Assembly (NCBI GenBank): GCA_031390205.1
Contig: JANMTG010000084.1
Location: forward strand, 315 to 64,314
Length of the DNA: 64,000 nucleotides
Reading direction: 5' to 3'
DNA from: Gemmatimonadota bacterium
GTDB taxonomy: Bacteria; Gemmatimonadota; Gemmatimonadetes; Gemmatimonadales; Gemmatimonadaceae
Part shown: one piece after another, positions 22,105 through 31,647 of the stretch
How the letters are laid out: the number at the start of each line of letters is the position of its first letter
Numbering within the stretch: position 1 is the stretch's first letter
Notes under the pieces: generated by a model
Databases searched by the model: none
What the model saw: the letters and a program-made list of their open reading frames with translations, nothing else
What the model was told of the DNA's origin: nothing
Made by a program: the position numbers and the translations under genes

Positions 22105-22923
22105 GTGGCGGAATTGTTTCCGCCGGACAGGTTTTTCCTGATCGCGGGACCCTGCGTTCTCGAGAGCGACGATCTCAACCTGCGTATCGGCGAGGCCCTG
22201 GCCCGGCTGGCAGAGCGTATCCCGGGCGGGATCATCTACAAGGCGAGCTTCGACAAAGCCAACCGCTCGAATCGCGACGCAGCGCGTGGTCCCGGCATCG
22301 ACGCCGGGCTCGCCGCTCTCGAGCGAGTGCGCAAAGCCACCGGCCTCCCCGTGCTCACGGACGTCCACGCGCCCGACCAATGCGCTCCCGTGGCGGAGGT
22401 CGTTGATGTCCTCCAGATCCCGGCCTTCCTCTGCCGCCAGACCGACCTGCTGGAAGCCGCGGGCGCGACAGGAAAACCGGTGAACGTGAAGAAGGGGCAG
22501 TGGCTCCAACCCGAAGGGATGCGCGGAGCGGTGGAGAAAATTCGCGGAGATGTAAAACAGAACGGGCGCTCCCGCGAGATCGCAGTCACCGAGCGGGGAA
22601 CGTTCTTTGGTTACGGTGACCTTGTCGTGGACATGCGCTCTTTCACGCGTCTCAGGGAGGCTTGCGGCGCGCCAGTGATCTTCGACGCCACCCACAGCGT
22701 GCAGAAGCCTGGCCAGGGACCCGACGGGGCGAGCGGCGGGGCACGTGAGTTCGTCCCGTTGCTGGCCCTTTCCGCCATCGCGGCGGGTGCACAGGCACTG
22801 TTCATCGAGACCCATCCGAATCCGGACTCCGCTCCAAGCGATGGCCCCAACATGCTGCCACTTTCGGCGCTCGACGAGCTGACCAGCCGCGCGGTTGACA
22901 TCTGGGCGCGCGTGAACCAGTGA
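22105..22923 (+). CDS. kdsA: 3-deoxy-8-phosphooctulonate synthase (Kdo8P synthase)
   Basis: FLIAGPCVLES N-terminus, KASFDKANRS, and DATHSVQ motifs. GTG start. Confidence 0.93.
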   Translation: MAELFPPDRFFLIAGPCVLESDDLNLRIGEALARLAERIPGGIIYKASFDKANRSNRDAARGPGIDAGLAALERVRKATGLPVLTDVHAPDQCAPVAEVVDVLQIPAFLCRQTDLLEAAGATGKPVNVKKGQWLQPEGMRGAVEKIRGDVKQNGRSREIAVTERGTFFGYGDLVVDMRSFTRLREACGAPVIFDATHSVQKPGQGPDGASGGAREFVPLLALSAIAAGAQALFIETHPNPDSAPSDGPNMLPLSALDELTSRAVDIWARVNQ

Positions 22924-23885
22924 CCCGAAAGGACATCGTCGAGCGCGGGCGCCGAGTGCTCCGCATGGAGACCGACGCGCTTCGGGAAGCGGAGCGCCGC
23001 ATCGGCGACGATTTCGCGCGGGCGGTCGAGACCATCGCCCGCTCGACGGGCCGCGTAATCGTGTCCGGTGTCGGGAAGTCGGGCCTGGTCGGACGCAAGA
23101 TTGCAGCGACGCTCACTTCTACCGGAACGCCAGCCAATTTTCTCCACCCCGCCGACAGCGTCCACGGCGATCTGGGTATGGTCGGCCGATCTGATGTGGC
23201 GATCCTTATCTCCAAGAGTGGAGAATCGAGTGAGGTGCTCAGCCTGTTGGAGCACCTCAAGCGCTTCGGTGTGTGCACGATCGCGCTCACCAGCAACGCC
23301 AAGTCGGCCCTGGCGCGGCACAGCGACGTTACGCTCGACGCCTGGGTGAAGGAGGAAGCCTGCCCGCACGACCTTGCGCCCACCACCAGCACCACCGTCG
23401 CGCTCGCAATCGGCGATGCGCTGGCCATCGCTCTCCTCGAGGAGAAGGGGTTCAACGCCGATGACTTCGCCCGCTTGCACCCCGGAGGTGCTCTGGGTCG
23501 TCGGCTCCTGACGCGGGTATCAGATGTGATGGTCACTGAGAAAATCCCCCTGTTGTCCGAATCTGCGACGATGCGCGAGGCGGTCGTGCTCCTGGCGGAA
23601 CGCCGCGGGATCGCGATCGTCGTCGGCAAGGAAGGCGGTGTTTCCGGCGTCATTACCACCGGCGACCTCACGCGACTGATGGAGCACGAGGAGAATGTTT
23701 TCCCGGTTGCCGCCAGGACGGTAATGAACACCCACCCTAAAGTTGCGCGCGCCGACGAGCTCGGAAGCGCGGTGGTCTACCGCATGGAAACGCACGGCAT
23801 CATCTCGATGCCCGTGCTTGGCGAAGATGATTCCGTGGTCGGAGTCATTCACCTTCACGACCTCATGCGCGCCGGAGTGATCTAG
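22920..23885 (+). CDS. kdsD: arabinose-5-phosphate isomerase (SIS plus tandem CBS domains)
   Basis: GTGA overlap. SIS motif GVGKSGLVGRKIAATL, a C-terminal CBS pair, and a position between kdsA and lptC. Confidence 0.9.
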   Translation: MTRKDIVERGRRVLRMETDALREAERRIGDDFARAVETIARSTGRVIVSGVGKSGLVGRKIAATLTSTGTPANFLHPADSVHGDLGMVGRSDVAILISKSGESSEVLSLLEHLKRFGVCTIALTSNAKSALARHSDVTLDAWVKEEACPHDLAPTTSTTVALAIGDALAIALLEEKGFNADDFARLHPGGALGRRLLTRVSDVMVTEKIPLLSESATMREAVVLLAERRGIAIVVGKEGGVSGVITTGDLTRLMEHEENVFPVAARTVMNTHPKVARADELGSAVVYRMETHGIISMPVLGEDDSVVGVIHLHDLMRAGVI

Positions 23886-24484
23886 TGCGCACTGCCGCGC
23901 TGTTCACTTCTGCTTTGCTTTTCCTTGCCGCCTGCACCGAAAAGAAGGCAACACCCGCGGCGCGCGGCGCAACGGGGCTCGCTGACTCGGCCGACCAGGT
24001 AATGTTTGGCGCGAAGTTCAACCTGACCGACAAGGGTGTCTCGCGCGCCAGACTCAACGCCGACACCGCCTACTTCTTCGACGAGAACACGCGGGTCGAG
24101 CTGGAAAAGGTGCACACCACTTTCTTCACCACTGCCGGAGTGCAGGATGCCGTGCTCACTTCGCGGCGCGGGACTTACAACACGCGCCTCGGCAGCATGG
24201 TGGCGCGGCAGAACGTCGTCGTCGTATCCCAGGATGGACGGCGCCTCACCACGTCAGAGCTCATTTACAATCAGCCCAGAAACGAGATTTCCAGTGACAG
24301 CGCGTTCGTGTTGATGGAGCCGAACCGGCGACTGGAAGGAGTGGGGTTTCGCTCCGATCCGAACATGAACAACATTCGCATCCTGAAGGGAGCGAGCGGG
24401 GTTGCGCGAAACATTTCTACGTCCCCGTCGCCCGCGCCCGGTCCAATTCCCACACCCCCCTCCAGCTCCACGCCGCAGCGCTGA
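23885..24484 (+). CDS. lptC: LptC-like LPS export lipoprotein
   Basis: Lipobox LFLAAC. About 200 aa of beta-rich sequence. Synteny kdsD-lptC-lptA-lptB-rpoN. The assignment rests mainly on position. Confidence 0.6.
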   Translation: MRTAALFTSALLFLAACTEKKATPAARGATGLADSADQVMFGAKFNLTDKGVSRARLNADTAYFFDENTRVELEKVHTTFFTTAGVQDAVLTSRRGTYNTRLGSMVARQNVVVVSQDGRRLTTSELIYNQPRNEISSDSAFVLMEPNRRLEGVGFRSDPNMNNIRILKGASGVARNISTSPSPAPGPIPTPPSSSTPQR

Positions 24485-24485
24485 G

Positions 24486-25862
24486 ATGAGATATCCCCTT
24501 TTGTTGGTCCTGGCTGCAGCATTGGCGGGCACGCCAGGCTCCGCGCAGGAGATTCCACAAAACTGCGATATGGAGTTTCCGAACACTCCCAATACGCGCG
24601 CCACCATCAGCCAGTTACCGGGCGGCGTCACCAACACCTTTTCGGGTGGCGGGATCGTCGCCCGCTGCATTGGTCAGGGAAACCTGCTCACGGCAGACAG
24701 CGCCGAATACTACGAGTCCGAGGCGCGCCTTTACCTCGTGGGTAACGTGCGGTACAGGGAGCCTCGCGCGACGGTGACATCCCGCACGATGACCTACTAC
24801 CAGCGCACAGACCACCTCCACGCGGAAGGAGACGTCGTCGCAGTGATGGCGAACGGCAGCACCTTGCGTGGTCCGATCGTCGACTATTATCGCAGTACGC
24901 CCCAGCGTCCGCTCGCGCGAATGGTGGCCCCGGGGCGCCCGCACGTAACTCTCGTGCAAAAGGACACGACAGGTCGAGGGAGGCCACCGGACACGGCACA
25001 CGTCGTCGCCAATCAGATCGCGATGGAAGGCGACAGCCTTGTTTATGCCTCGCTCCGCGTCGAAATAACTCGCCCCGACCTCACCGCCAAAGGCGACTCC
25101 GCCTTCCTCGATACCGGGCGCGACTTCGCCCGATTGATGGGATCACCGAGCGTTGAGGGAAAAGGCGAGCGGCCGTTCACGCTGACAGGAGGTATCATCG
25201 ACCTGTTTTCGCGAAGCCGGCAGCTAGAGCGGGTCGTCGCCACGCCCAATGGGCACGCCCTCAGCCAGGACCTGGAGCTGGTCGCCGACACCATAGACTT
25301 GCGACTCCAAGCCAATCAGCTCCAGCGCGCGGTAGCGTGGGGGAGTAAGCGCGCCCACGCCATCTCGCCCGAGCGGGAGATCGTCGCCGACTCCATTGAC
25401 GCAATAATGCCCGGACAACGAGTCCGCGAAGTCCGGGCGGTAGGAAGCGCGTTTGCCAACTCCGCTCCTGACTCCGGCTTCGTCACGACTGAACGGGACT
25501 GGCTGAGCGGCGACACGATCGTCGCGCGCTTTGATTCGGTGGTGACTGGAGACTCGACCAGTCGCCCCCAGGTGCGCGAGATCGTGGCCAGCGGGAGCGC
25601 CCGTTCCTACTACCAGATGAAGAATTCAAAGGGCACCCCGACACAGCCGAGCGTGAACTACGTCCGGGGCAGAATCATAGAGATCGACTTCGACAACAAG
25701 CGCGTGGCCACGGTCACGGTCACCGATCGGGCGACCGGAATTCTGATCGAGCCAGCGGCAGCTGTCGCGGCACCCGCAACTACGGCGGCGCCCGCCACCG
25801 CGCCCGCCAGCGCTCAGCCTCGACCCCGACCACCGGTCAGCGTGCCTGGAATTCGACCATGA
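24486..25862 (+). CDS. lptA: LptA/OstA-domain periplasmic protein, enlarged (about 458 aa)
   Basis: Start at [21 protein letters not shown] (signal peptide), 2 nt after the lptC stop. Repeated OstA-like segments (ADSAEYYE..., AEGDVVAV..., [11 protein letters not shown]..., [12 protein letters not shown]..., LVADTIDL..., IVADSIDA...). Ala/Pro-rich tail. Confidence 0.65.
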   Translation: MRYPLLLVLAAALAGTPGSAQEIPQNCDMEFPNTPNTRATISQLPGGVTNTFSGGGIVARCIGQGNLLTADSAEYYESEARLYLVGNVRYREPRATVTSRTMTYYQRTDHLHAEGDVVAVMANGSTLRGPIVDYYRSTPQRPLARMVAPGRPHVTLVQKDTTGRGRPPDTAHVVANQIAMEGDSLVYASLRVEITRPDLTAKGDSAFLDTGRDFARLMGSPSVEGKGERPFTLTGGIIDLFSRSRQLERVVATPNGHALSQDLELVADTIDLRLQANQLQRAVAWGSKRAHAISPEREIVADSIDAIMPGQRVREVRAVGSAFANSAPDSGFVTTERDWLSGDTIVARFDSVVTGDSTSRPQVREIVASGSARSYYQMKNSKGTPTQPSVNYVRGRIIEIDFDNKRVATVTVTDRATGILIEPAAAVAAPATTAAPATAPASAQPRPRPPVSVPGIRP

Positions 25863-27085
25863 GCAGCGGCCGTCATTTGCCGGACAGTGTTCGCGCGCTG
25901 ATCGACCGGATGTCGGAGAACGACAGGCTCGACGGCTTCGCCCTGGACGCGATCGTTCGAGCCGCGGACGCCAATGGGGCTGCACGCGCTCGGGACGTCG
26001 CGGCCAACTACCGCGAAGACCATCTGCGCGCCCTGCGTGCGAAAGGCCAGGACGCTGACCGCGAAGCCGGCCGCCTGGCCCAGGACGAGGTCAGATCGTA
26101 CCTGGCCAATTCCATCCTGCCGCGGCTCGCCGAAACCGGCGTCCTGCTCCCGCTCGACGCGGACATGGAGAGCGATGCCGCAACCGTAACGTTCGCCCCG
26201 ACGCTCTGGCGGGACATTGCGCCCAACCGCCAGGAGTTCGCCGAGGCGATGCGTGAGACGGGAGAGCATTCGAGACTCGCGCTTGCGACACCGGTGAATA
26301 CACCGGTAATCAGCGGGAGCTTGCTCGAGGCCGAAGGCCTGACGAAGACGTATCGCGGGCGAAAGGTCGTAAATGATGTCGCGCTGAATTTGCGGCAAGG
26401 TGAGATCGTTGGCCTGCTCGGGCCCAATGGGGCGGGGAAGACCACGACCTTCTACATGATCGTGGGGCTGATTCAGCCGCAGTCGGGACGCATCATGCTC
26501 GATGGCGAGGATCTGACCAACCTTCCGATGTTCAGGCGCGCTCGACGCGGGATTGGTTACCTCTCGCAGGAGCCGTCAATCTTTCGCAAGCTCTCCGTCG
26601 AGGACAACATTCTCGCCATTCTGGAGACACTGCCGCTCTCCTCGGCGGAGCGGAGCGTGAGGCTCGAGAGGCTGCTCGACGAGCTCAGTATCAAGCGCCT
26701 TCGCAAGAGCAAGGCGTACGCCCTTTCGGGTGGTGAGCGCAGGCGGCTCGAGATAACCCGGGCCCTCGTGACCGATCCGAAATTCATGATGCTCGACGAG
26801 CCGTTTGCCGGGGTGGACCCGATCGCGGTGCATGACATCCAGACGATTGTGGCCGGGCTGCGCCATCGCGGGATCGGTGTTCTGATCAGCGATCACAACG
26901 TCGAGCAGACGCTGGACATAGTCGATCGGGCGTACATTATGTTCGATGGGCAGGTGAAAGTTTCCGGAACCGTCCGGGAGCTGGTTTTCCACGACACGGT
27001 GGCCGATATCTATCTGGGTCCAACACTTACAGCGCGGTTGCGGGAGAGGTTTTCGCGCGAGAGAGACGAGGGGACGATCGCGTGA
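25859..27085 (+). CDS. lptB: LPS export ABC transporter ATP-binding protein LptB with an N-terminal extension of about 150 aa
   Basis: ATGA overlap with lptA. The ABC domain runs from about aa 155 ([16 protein letters not shown]..., Walker [17 protein letters not shown], signature [11 protein letters not shown]). The upstream 460 nt is in frame, has no stop, and shows strong G/C third-position bias. Confidence 0.9.
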   Translation: MSSGRHLPDSVRALIDRMSENDRLDGFALDAIVRAADANGAARARDVAANYREDHLRALRAKGQDADREAGRLAQDEVRSYLANSILPRLAETGVLLPLDADMESDAATVTFAPTLWRDIAPNRQEFAEAMRETGEHSRLALATPVNTPVISGSLLEAEGLTKTYRGRKVVNDVALNLRQGEIVGLLGPNGAGKTTTFYMIVGLIQPQSGRIMLDGEDLTNLPMFRRARRGIGYLSQEPSIFRKLSVEDNILAILETLPLSSAERSVRLERLLDELSIKRLRKSKAYALSGGERRRLEITRALVTDPKFMMLDEPFAGVDPIAVHDIQTIVAGLRHRGIGVLISDHNVEQTLDIVDRAYIMFDGQVKVSGTVRELVFHDTVADIYLGPTLTARLRERFSRERDEGTIA

Positions 27086-28551
27086 AGCCCGGCCTCAATC
27101 AATCGACTCATCTCCGCCAGGAGCTCAAGATAAATCCACGCCTCTACCAGGCGATGGATCTGCTCTACATGCCCCTGTTGGACCTCCAGCAGCACCTCAA
27201 GCAGGAGCTGCTCAACAACCCGTTCCTCGATCTGGTGGATACCGAGGACGACGAGGAGGAAGAGCAGGAAGGGGAGGCCGACGAGCCGGCGCAAGCGGAG
27301 CCGGAGGACGAGCGCTCGGGAGAGATCGACTGGGAGGAAATCCTACTCGATGGATTCGACACCGTCGGTGGACGAAGAGAGGAGCACGAGGAGCGCGAAT
27401 ACTTCGAGCCGGTGACGGTCGCGACACGCGATCTGAGCGACCATCTACGAGATCAGGTAAGTCTTCTCGAGCTTACGCCGCGCCAGACGCTCCTCGCCGA
27501 CGAGTTCATCGGCAACATCAACGACGACGGCTATCTCGCGAGCGGTGTTGACGATATCGTCCGCACGCTCAACGAAGTCGTGACGAAGGCCGCGGAAGAA
27601 GCCGGCCGCGAGACCGATGATCTGCCGCTCTATGCCGCGGAGGAAGGGCAGCAGATGCTCGCCACGGTCCAGAGCCTCGACCCGCCCGGCGTCGGAGCTC
27701 AGGATCTGCGGGAATGTCTGCTTCTCCAGCTCAAGGAGGCGGGCCTCGAGCAGTCGGTTCCGTACCGCCTGGTGCGCGATTGCTTCGAGGAGCTTATCAA
27801 CCACCGCTGGAGCGAGATCTCCAAGAGGTTCGGGATCAGCGCCGCCGACGTGCAGAAGGCGGCGGATGAGATCGCCAAGCTCGATCCGAAACCCGGGCTA
27901 CAGTACGGATCCCGCGACGACAACTATATCATTCCCGACCTGATCGTTGACAAAATCGACGACCGGTATCACGTCTTTCTCAATGACGCGAATCTTCCCC
28001 GGCTCAAGCTCAGTCGCGCGTACCAGGAGATCGCGAGGGACAAGAAGAAATTCGAGGGGGAGAACAAGGAGTTCATCTCCAACAAGCTCAACTCCGCGCA
28101 CTGGATGATCCAGGCGATCGAGCAGCGACGTCAGACCATGCTCAAGGTCATGAATTACATCGTCGAGCGGCAACGCGAATTCTTCGAGAAGGGAATTCAG
28201 CATTTGAAGCCGCTGACCCTGCGCGAGGTCGCTGAAGTGATCAACATGCACGAGTCCACCGTCAGCCGGGTCACCAACGAGAAGTTCGTGCAGACGCCGC
28301 GGGGTGTGCTCCCGCTCAAGTTTTTCTTCTCCTCCGGTCTCGCCACATCCGACGGCGAGGATGTTTCCGCCCGCGGCATCAAGGCGCAGCTCCAGAAGCT
28401 GGTGGAGGACGAGGATCCCAAGCATCCGCTCACAGATCAGGCGATCGTGAACATTCTCCGGGAGAGCGGCGTTCAGATCGCCCGCAGAACGGTCGCCAAG
28501 TATCGCGATCAGCTCGGCGTTCTCTCCGCGCGCATGCGGAAACGGGTATGA
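27082..28551 (+). CDS. rpoN: RNA polymerase sigma-54 factor
   Basis: GTGA overlap with lptB. Acidic region II ([16 protein letters not shown]), the HTH, and the RpoN box ARRTVAKYR. Confidence 0.96.
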   Translation: MKPGLNQSTHLRQELKINPRLYQAMDLLYMPLLDLQQHLKQELLNNPFLDLVDTEDDEEEEQEGEADEPAQAEPEDERSGEIDWEEILLDGFDTVGGRREEHEEREYFEPVTVATRDLSDHLRDQVSLLELTPRQTLLADEFIGNINDDGYLASGVDDIVRTLNEVVTKAAEEAGRETDDLPLYAAEEGQQMLATVQSLDPPGVGAQDLRECLLLQLKEAGLEQSVPYRLVRDCFEELINHRWSEISKRFGISAADVQKAADEIAKLDPKPGLQYGSRDDNYIIPDLIVDKIDDRYHVFLNDANLPRLKLSRAYQEIARDKKKFEGENKEFISNKLNSAHWMIQAIEQRRQTMLKVMNYIVERQREFFEKGIQHLKPLTLREVAEVINMHESTVSRVTNEKFVQTPRGVLPLKFFFSSGLATSDGEDVSARGIKAQLQKLVEDEDPKHPLTDQAIVNILRESGVQIARRTVAKYRDQLGVLSARMRKRV

Positions 28552-29561
28552 CATCGCCGATCCAGGCCGAAGCCGCGCAAAGATTCAGGGGAGCGGATAA
28601 GGCGCCCCTGAGCGCACGGCCCGAGGTCAGCGTCCTCGTACCGGCAAAGGACGAAGCGGAGAATCTTCCGATTTTCATGGAGCAGGCGCGCGCCGCTTTC
28701 GACTCGGAGCCCGGGCGGTACGAGGTGGTGGTGGTGGATGATGGTTCGGTGGACGGAACCTGGGAGGCTCTGGAGCGGCTCTCGAGGGAATACCCATTTC
28801 TGAAAGCGGTGCGGCACGGAGTGCGTCGCGGGGTAGCGGAGGCGTTGCGCACGGGCTACCTGAATTCGCGGGGTAGCGTGCTGGTGTTCTATCCGGCCGA
28901 CCTGCAATACAAGCCGGAAGACATTCCGCGTCTCGTCGAGCCAATTTTCGCCGGGCGGTCGGACATCGTTACCGGGTACAAGGAAGGGAAGTACGAAAAA
29001 GCGTTCGTGTCCGGTGTTTATAACCGTCTCAGCAGGTCGCTTTTCAAGGTCCCGGTGCGCGATCTCAATTCGGTGAAAGCATATCGCCGAGAGGTGATGG
29101 ATGCGCTCCCCAACCGTCCCGACTGGCACCGGTACATGGTGGTGATGGCCGCGGCGGAAGGCTTTACGGTTTCCGAGGTGCCGGTTCCGCTTTACCCGCG
29201 CACCGCCGGCCAGTCAAAGTTCGGGGTGGGACGAATTCCCGTGGGTGCCCTCGATATGCTCGCAGTGTGGTTCGAGCTGAGGTTTGCCCGAAAGCCACTG
29301 CTGTTGTTTGGCATGCTGGGCGCGGGACTCTTCAGCCTTGGCGTCCTGGTCGGAATCATCGCCATCCTTTTGCGTGTGCTCGGCGGGGTGGGATTTCGGC
29401 CGCTGATCAATCTCGTCGAGGTCTGCCTGACCGTTGGCAGCGTCTTCTTCGCGACCGGGCTGATTGCCGAGCTGATTGCCGCGCAGCGCGTAGAGCTGAG
29501 CCAACTGCGAAAGCGCCTCGAAGACATCTCCCGGGAACGCGAAACGCCGCCCGGCCGCTGA
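28548..29561 (+). CDS. family-2 glycosyltransferase, polyprenyl-phosphate glycosyltransferase type (GtrB/CsbB/ArnC-like) with C-terminal TM helices
   Basis: ATGA overlap with rpoN. VLVPAKDEAENL and VVVVDDGSVDGT. Two C-terminal hydrophobic helices (LLLFGMLGAGLFSLGVLVGIIAILL; CLTVGSVFFATGLIAELIAA). Confidence 0.85.
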   Translation: MTSPIQAEAAQRFRGADKAPLSARPEVSVLVPAKDEAENLPIFMEQARAAFDSEPGRYEVVVVDDGSVDGTWEALERLSREYPFLKAVRHGVRRGVAEALRTGYLNSRGSVLVFYPADLQYKPEDIPRLVEPIFAGRSDIVTGYKEGKYEKAFVSGVYNRLSRSLFKVPVRDLNSVKAYRREVMDALPNRPDWHRYMVVMAAAEGFTVSEVPVPLYPRTAGQSKFGVGRIPVGALDMLAVWFELRFARKPLLLFGMLGAGLFSLGVLVGIIAILLRVLGGVGFRPLINLVEVCLTVGSVFFATGLIAELIAAQRVELSQLRKRLEDISRERETPPGR

Positions 29562-29565
29562 CGCG

Positions 29566-30732
29566 ATGAAGGTACTTTTTCTGACGCATTCCTTCCCGCG
29601 GAGGGAAGGAGATGCGGCCGGGTCATTCGTCCTGCGATTGGCCGTCGCGCTCCGCGCCGAAGATGTCCATGTGCACGTGGTGGCACCGGCTGCGCCCGGC
29701 ATTCCCGCCTCCGAAGAGATTGAAGGGATCCGCGTGGACCGCTTTCGCTACGCGCCACGCCGCTTCGAGCAACTGGCTTACACGGGGAACATGGCACGCG
29801 ATGTCGCATCCTCCTGGAGCGCCCGGCTCGCCCTGGTCGGCTTTCTCGGATCGGATTTCGTTCATGCCGTGCGCGCCAGGCGCAGTTTTGAGCCCGACGT
29901 GATCCACGCGCACTGGTGGTTTCCCAATGGTGTAGTGGCAACCTGGCTCGGGAGTCTCGCTCATGTTCCCGTCGTTACGACGCTCCACGGGACCGACGTG
30001 CGACTCGCGCGCACAGTCGGAGTGGCGAAGCCGCTCTTCAACCACGTGTTGAAGCATTCCGCGGCCGTCACTGCAGTTTCGCGATGGCTGCGGGAAGAGG
30101 CGGAGGCGTTGGCACCCGAATGCCAACCTATCGTCGCACCGATGCCCGTTGCCACTGAGCTGTTCGCGCCGGGTGGCGCGCGCGATGAGAAGCGAATCCT
30201 GTTCGTTGGGCGACTCACCGGGCAGAAAGGCATCGAGCATCTCCTGCAAGCCGTTGCGGCGATGAAGACCCGCACGGAGCTCGACGTGGTGGGCGATGGT
30301 CCCAACCGCGAAGCGCTGGAACGACTCGCCGGGGAGCTGGCTATCGCCGATCGTGTCCGCTGGCACGGACATCTTTCTCAACCGGAACTCCCAACGATGT
30401 ACCGACGGGCGGCCGCGGTGGTGGTGCCATCTGTGGACGAAGGCCTCGGTCTCGTCGCGGTGGAAGCGCTGTTGTGTGAGGCGCCGGTCGTCGCGTTCGA
30501 TTCGGGCGGTCTCCGCGACGTGATCCAGCACGAGAAGACAGGACTGCTCGTCGCACCCGGCGATCGCGCGGCGCTCGCCAACACCCTGGACGATCTGCTC
30601 GCTCGCGTTGGACGAGGCTCGGACCTTGGGAAGGCGGGGCGCCTCTACGCGCTCTCCACTTTCGCGCCCGAGTCAGCCGCTCGCCGATACACTGGCATTT
30701 ACCGACAGGTTCTTGGCGGTATCGCGTCGTAG
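29566..30732 (+). CDS. family-4 (GT-B, Glycos_transf_1) glycosyltransferase
   Basis: MKVLFLTHSFP N-terminus and the C-terminal EGLGLVAVEALLCEAPVV (E-x7-E-like) motif. Confidence 0.85.
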   Translation: MKVLFLTHSFPRREGDAAGSFVLRLAVALRAEDVHVHVVAPAAPGIPASEEIEGIRVDRFRYAPRRFEQLAYTGNMARDVASSWSARLALVGFLGSDFVHAVRARRSFEPDVIHAHWWFPNGVVATWLGSLAHVPVVTTLHGTDVRLARTVGVAKPLFNHVLKHSAAVTAVSRWLREEAEALAPECQPIVAPMPVATELFAPGGARDEKRILFVGRLTGQKGIEHLLQAVAAMKTRTELDVVGDGPNREALERLAGELAIADRVRWHGHLSQPELPTMYRRAAAVVVPSVDEGLGLVAVEALLCEAPVVAFDSGGLRDVIQHEKTGLLVAPGDRAALANTLDDLLARVGRGSDLGKAGRLYALSTFAPESAARRYTGIYRQVLGGIAS

Positions 30733-31642
30733 GCTATTCAGGGCGGCGCAGTGGATTTTCGCCGCCCTGGTGCTTTTCTTCGCCTTCAGGGCGCTCGCGG
30801 GGCAGTGGAACCAGGTTGGCTCGCGACTGCTCCACATCCAGTTCGGTTGGGAGCACATCGTTCCGGCGACCGTCCTCGTTCTCATCACCTACGCGCTGCT
30901 CATCGAGGGATGGCGGCGGATACTCAGTGGCTGGGATTCGCATCTCCCGTTCCGGCCAGCCGCCAGAATCTGGTTTCTTTCCAACCTCGGCAAGTACGTT
31001 CCGGGTAACATCTGGTCCCTGACCGCCATGGGTGTGATGGCGAGAGAACGAGGTCTGTCGGGGATCGCGGCCGCCGGCTCTTCGATCATCATGCAGGCGG
31101 TAAGCCTGGTCACCGGAACGGCGATCGTGATGGTCACCAGCGCAAAACTCCTGGGCCAGCCGCTTCTGGTCGGCGCCGCCGTGTTGCTTCTCGTTCTTGG
31201 GCTCGTTACCGCGCCGCGGTTCCTGCCGCGGCTTGCGGTATGGGCGGGGAATCTGAGCGGCAGGGAGATCGCAACTCCGTTCATTCCCGCCAACGCCATC
31301 TGGACCGCAACGCTGGCAAGCACGGCGTCGTGGATTCTCTATGGGCTCGCATTCCAGTTGTTCGTGCGCGGACTGCTCGGGTCCGCGCCTGGCGAAATCA
31401 GCTCTTACATCGCAGTTTACACCGCCGCCTACATCCTCGGCTTCATCTCACCGATCGCACCAGCTGGGCTTGGCGTGCGCGAGATCACGCTTGCCGCGTT
31501 CATGACGCAGCTCGGACTCGCGAACGAAGCAGATGCAGCACTCGTTGCGATCGCGGCACGGTTGTGGCTGACCGTCGTGGAGCTGGTGCCGAGCGGGTTA
31601 TACATCGCCGTCGGGGCGACCCGAAAGTCTTTACCGGATTGA
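30713..31642 (+). CDS. UPF0104/LPG-synthase-TM (flippase-like) family membrane protein
   Basis: Polytopic with about 8 hydrophobic helices. The start is uncertain. TTG 30713 gives a basic N-terminus before the first helix. ATG 30608 would overlap the preceding gene by 125 nt. Family call is from overall pattern. Confidence 0.6.
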   Translation: MAVSRRRLFRAAQWIFAALVLFFAFRALAGQWNQVGSRLLHIQFGWEHIVPATVLVLITYALLIEGWRRILSGWDSHLPFRPAARIWFLSNLGKYVPGNIWSLTAMGVMARERGLSGIAAAGSSIIMQAVSLVTGTAIVMVTSAKLLGQPLLVGAAVLLLVLGLVTAPRFLPRLAVWAGNLSGREIATPFIPANAIWTATLASTASWILYGLAFQLFVRGLLGSAPGEISSYIAVYTAAYILGFISPIAPAGLGVREITLAAFMTQLGLANEADAALVAIAARLWLTVVELVPSGLYIAVGATRKSLPD

Positions 31643-31647
31643 TCGCC

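Noticed and set aside
27241-27320. GA-rich repetitive DNA (GAGGACGACGAGGAGGAAGAGCAGGAAGG...).
   Set aside because: It encodes the acidic region II of sigma-54 ([16 protein letters not shown]), a normal feature of RpoN and not a repeat element.
31240-31647. Upstream extensions of supplied ORFs, here the YfhO-like gene. The same applies to 10102-10392 (fabG), 14363-14674 (mqnC), 38806-38958 (pcm) and 50141-50185 (bshC).
   Set aside because: The extensions overlap the preceding well-supported genes and translate to Arg/His-rich nonsense. In each case an internal start gives a canonical N-terminus and a 0-4 nt junction with the upstream stop.
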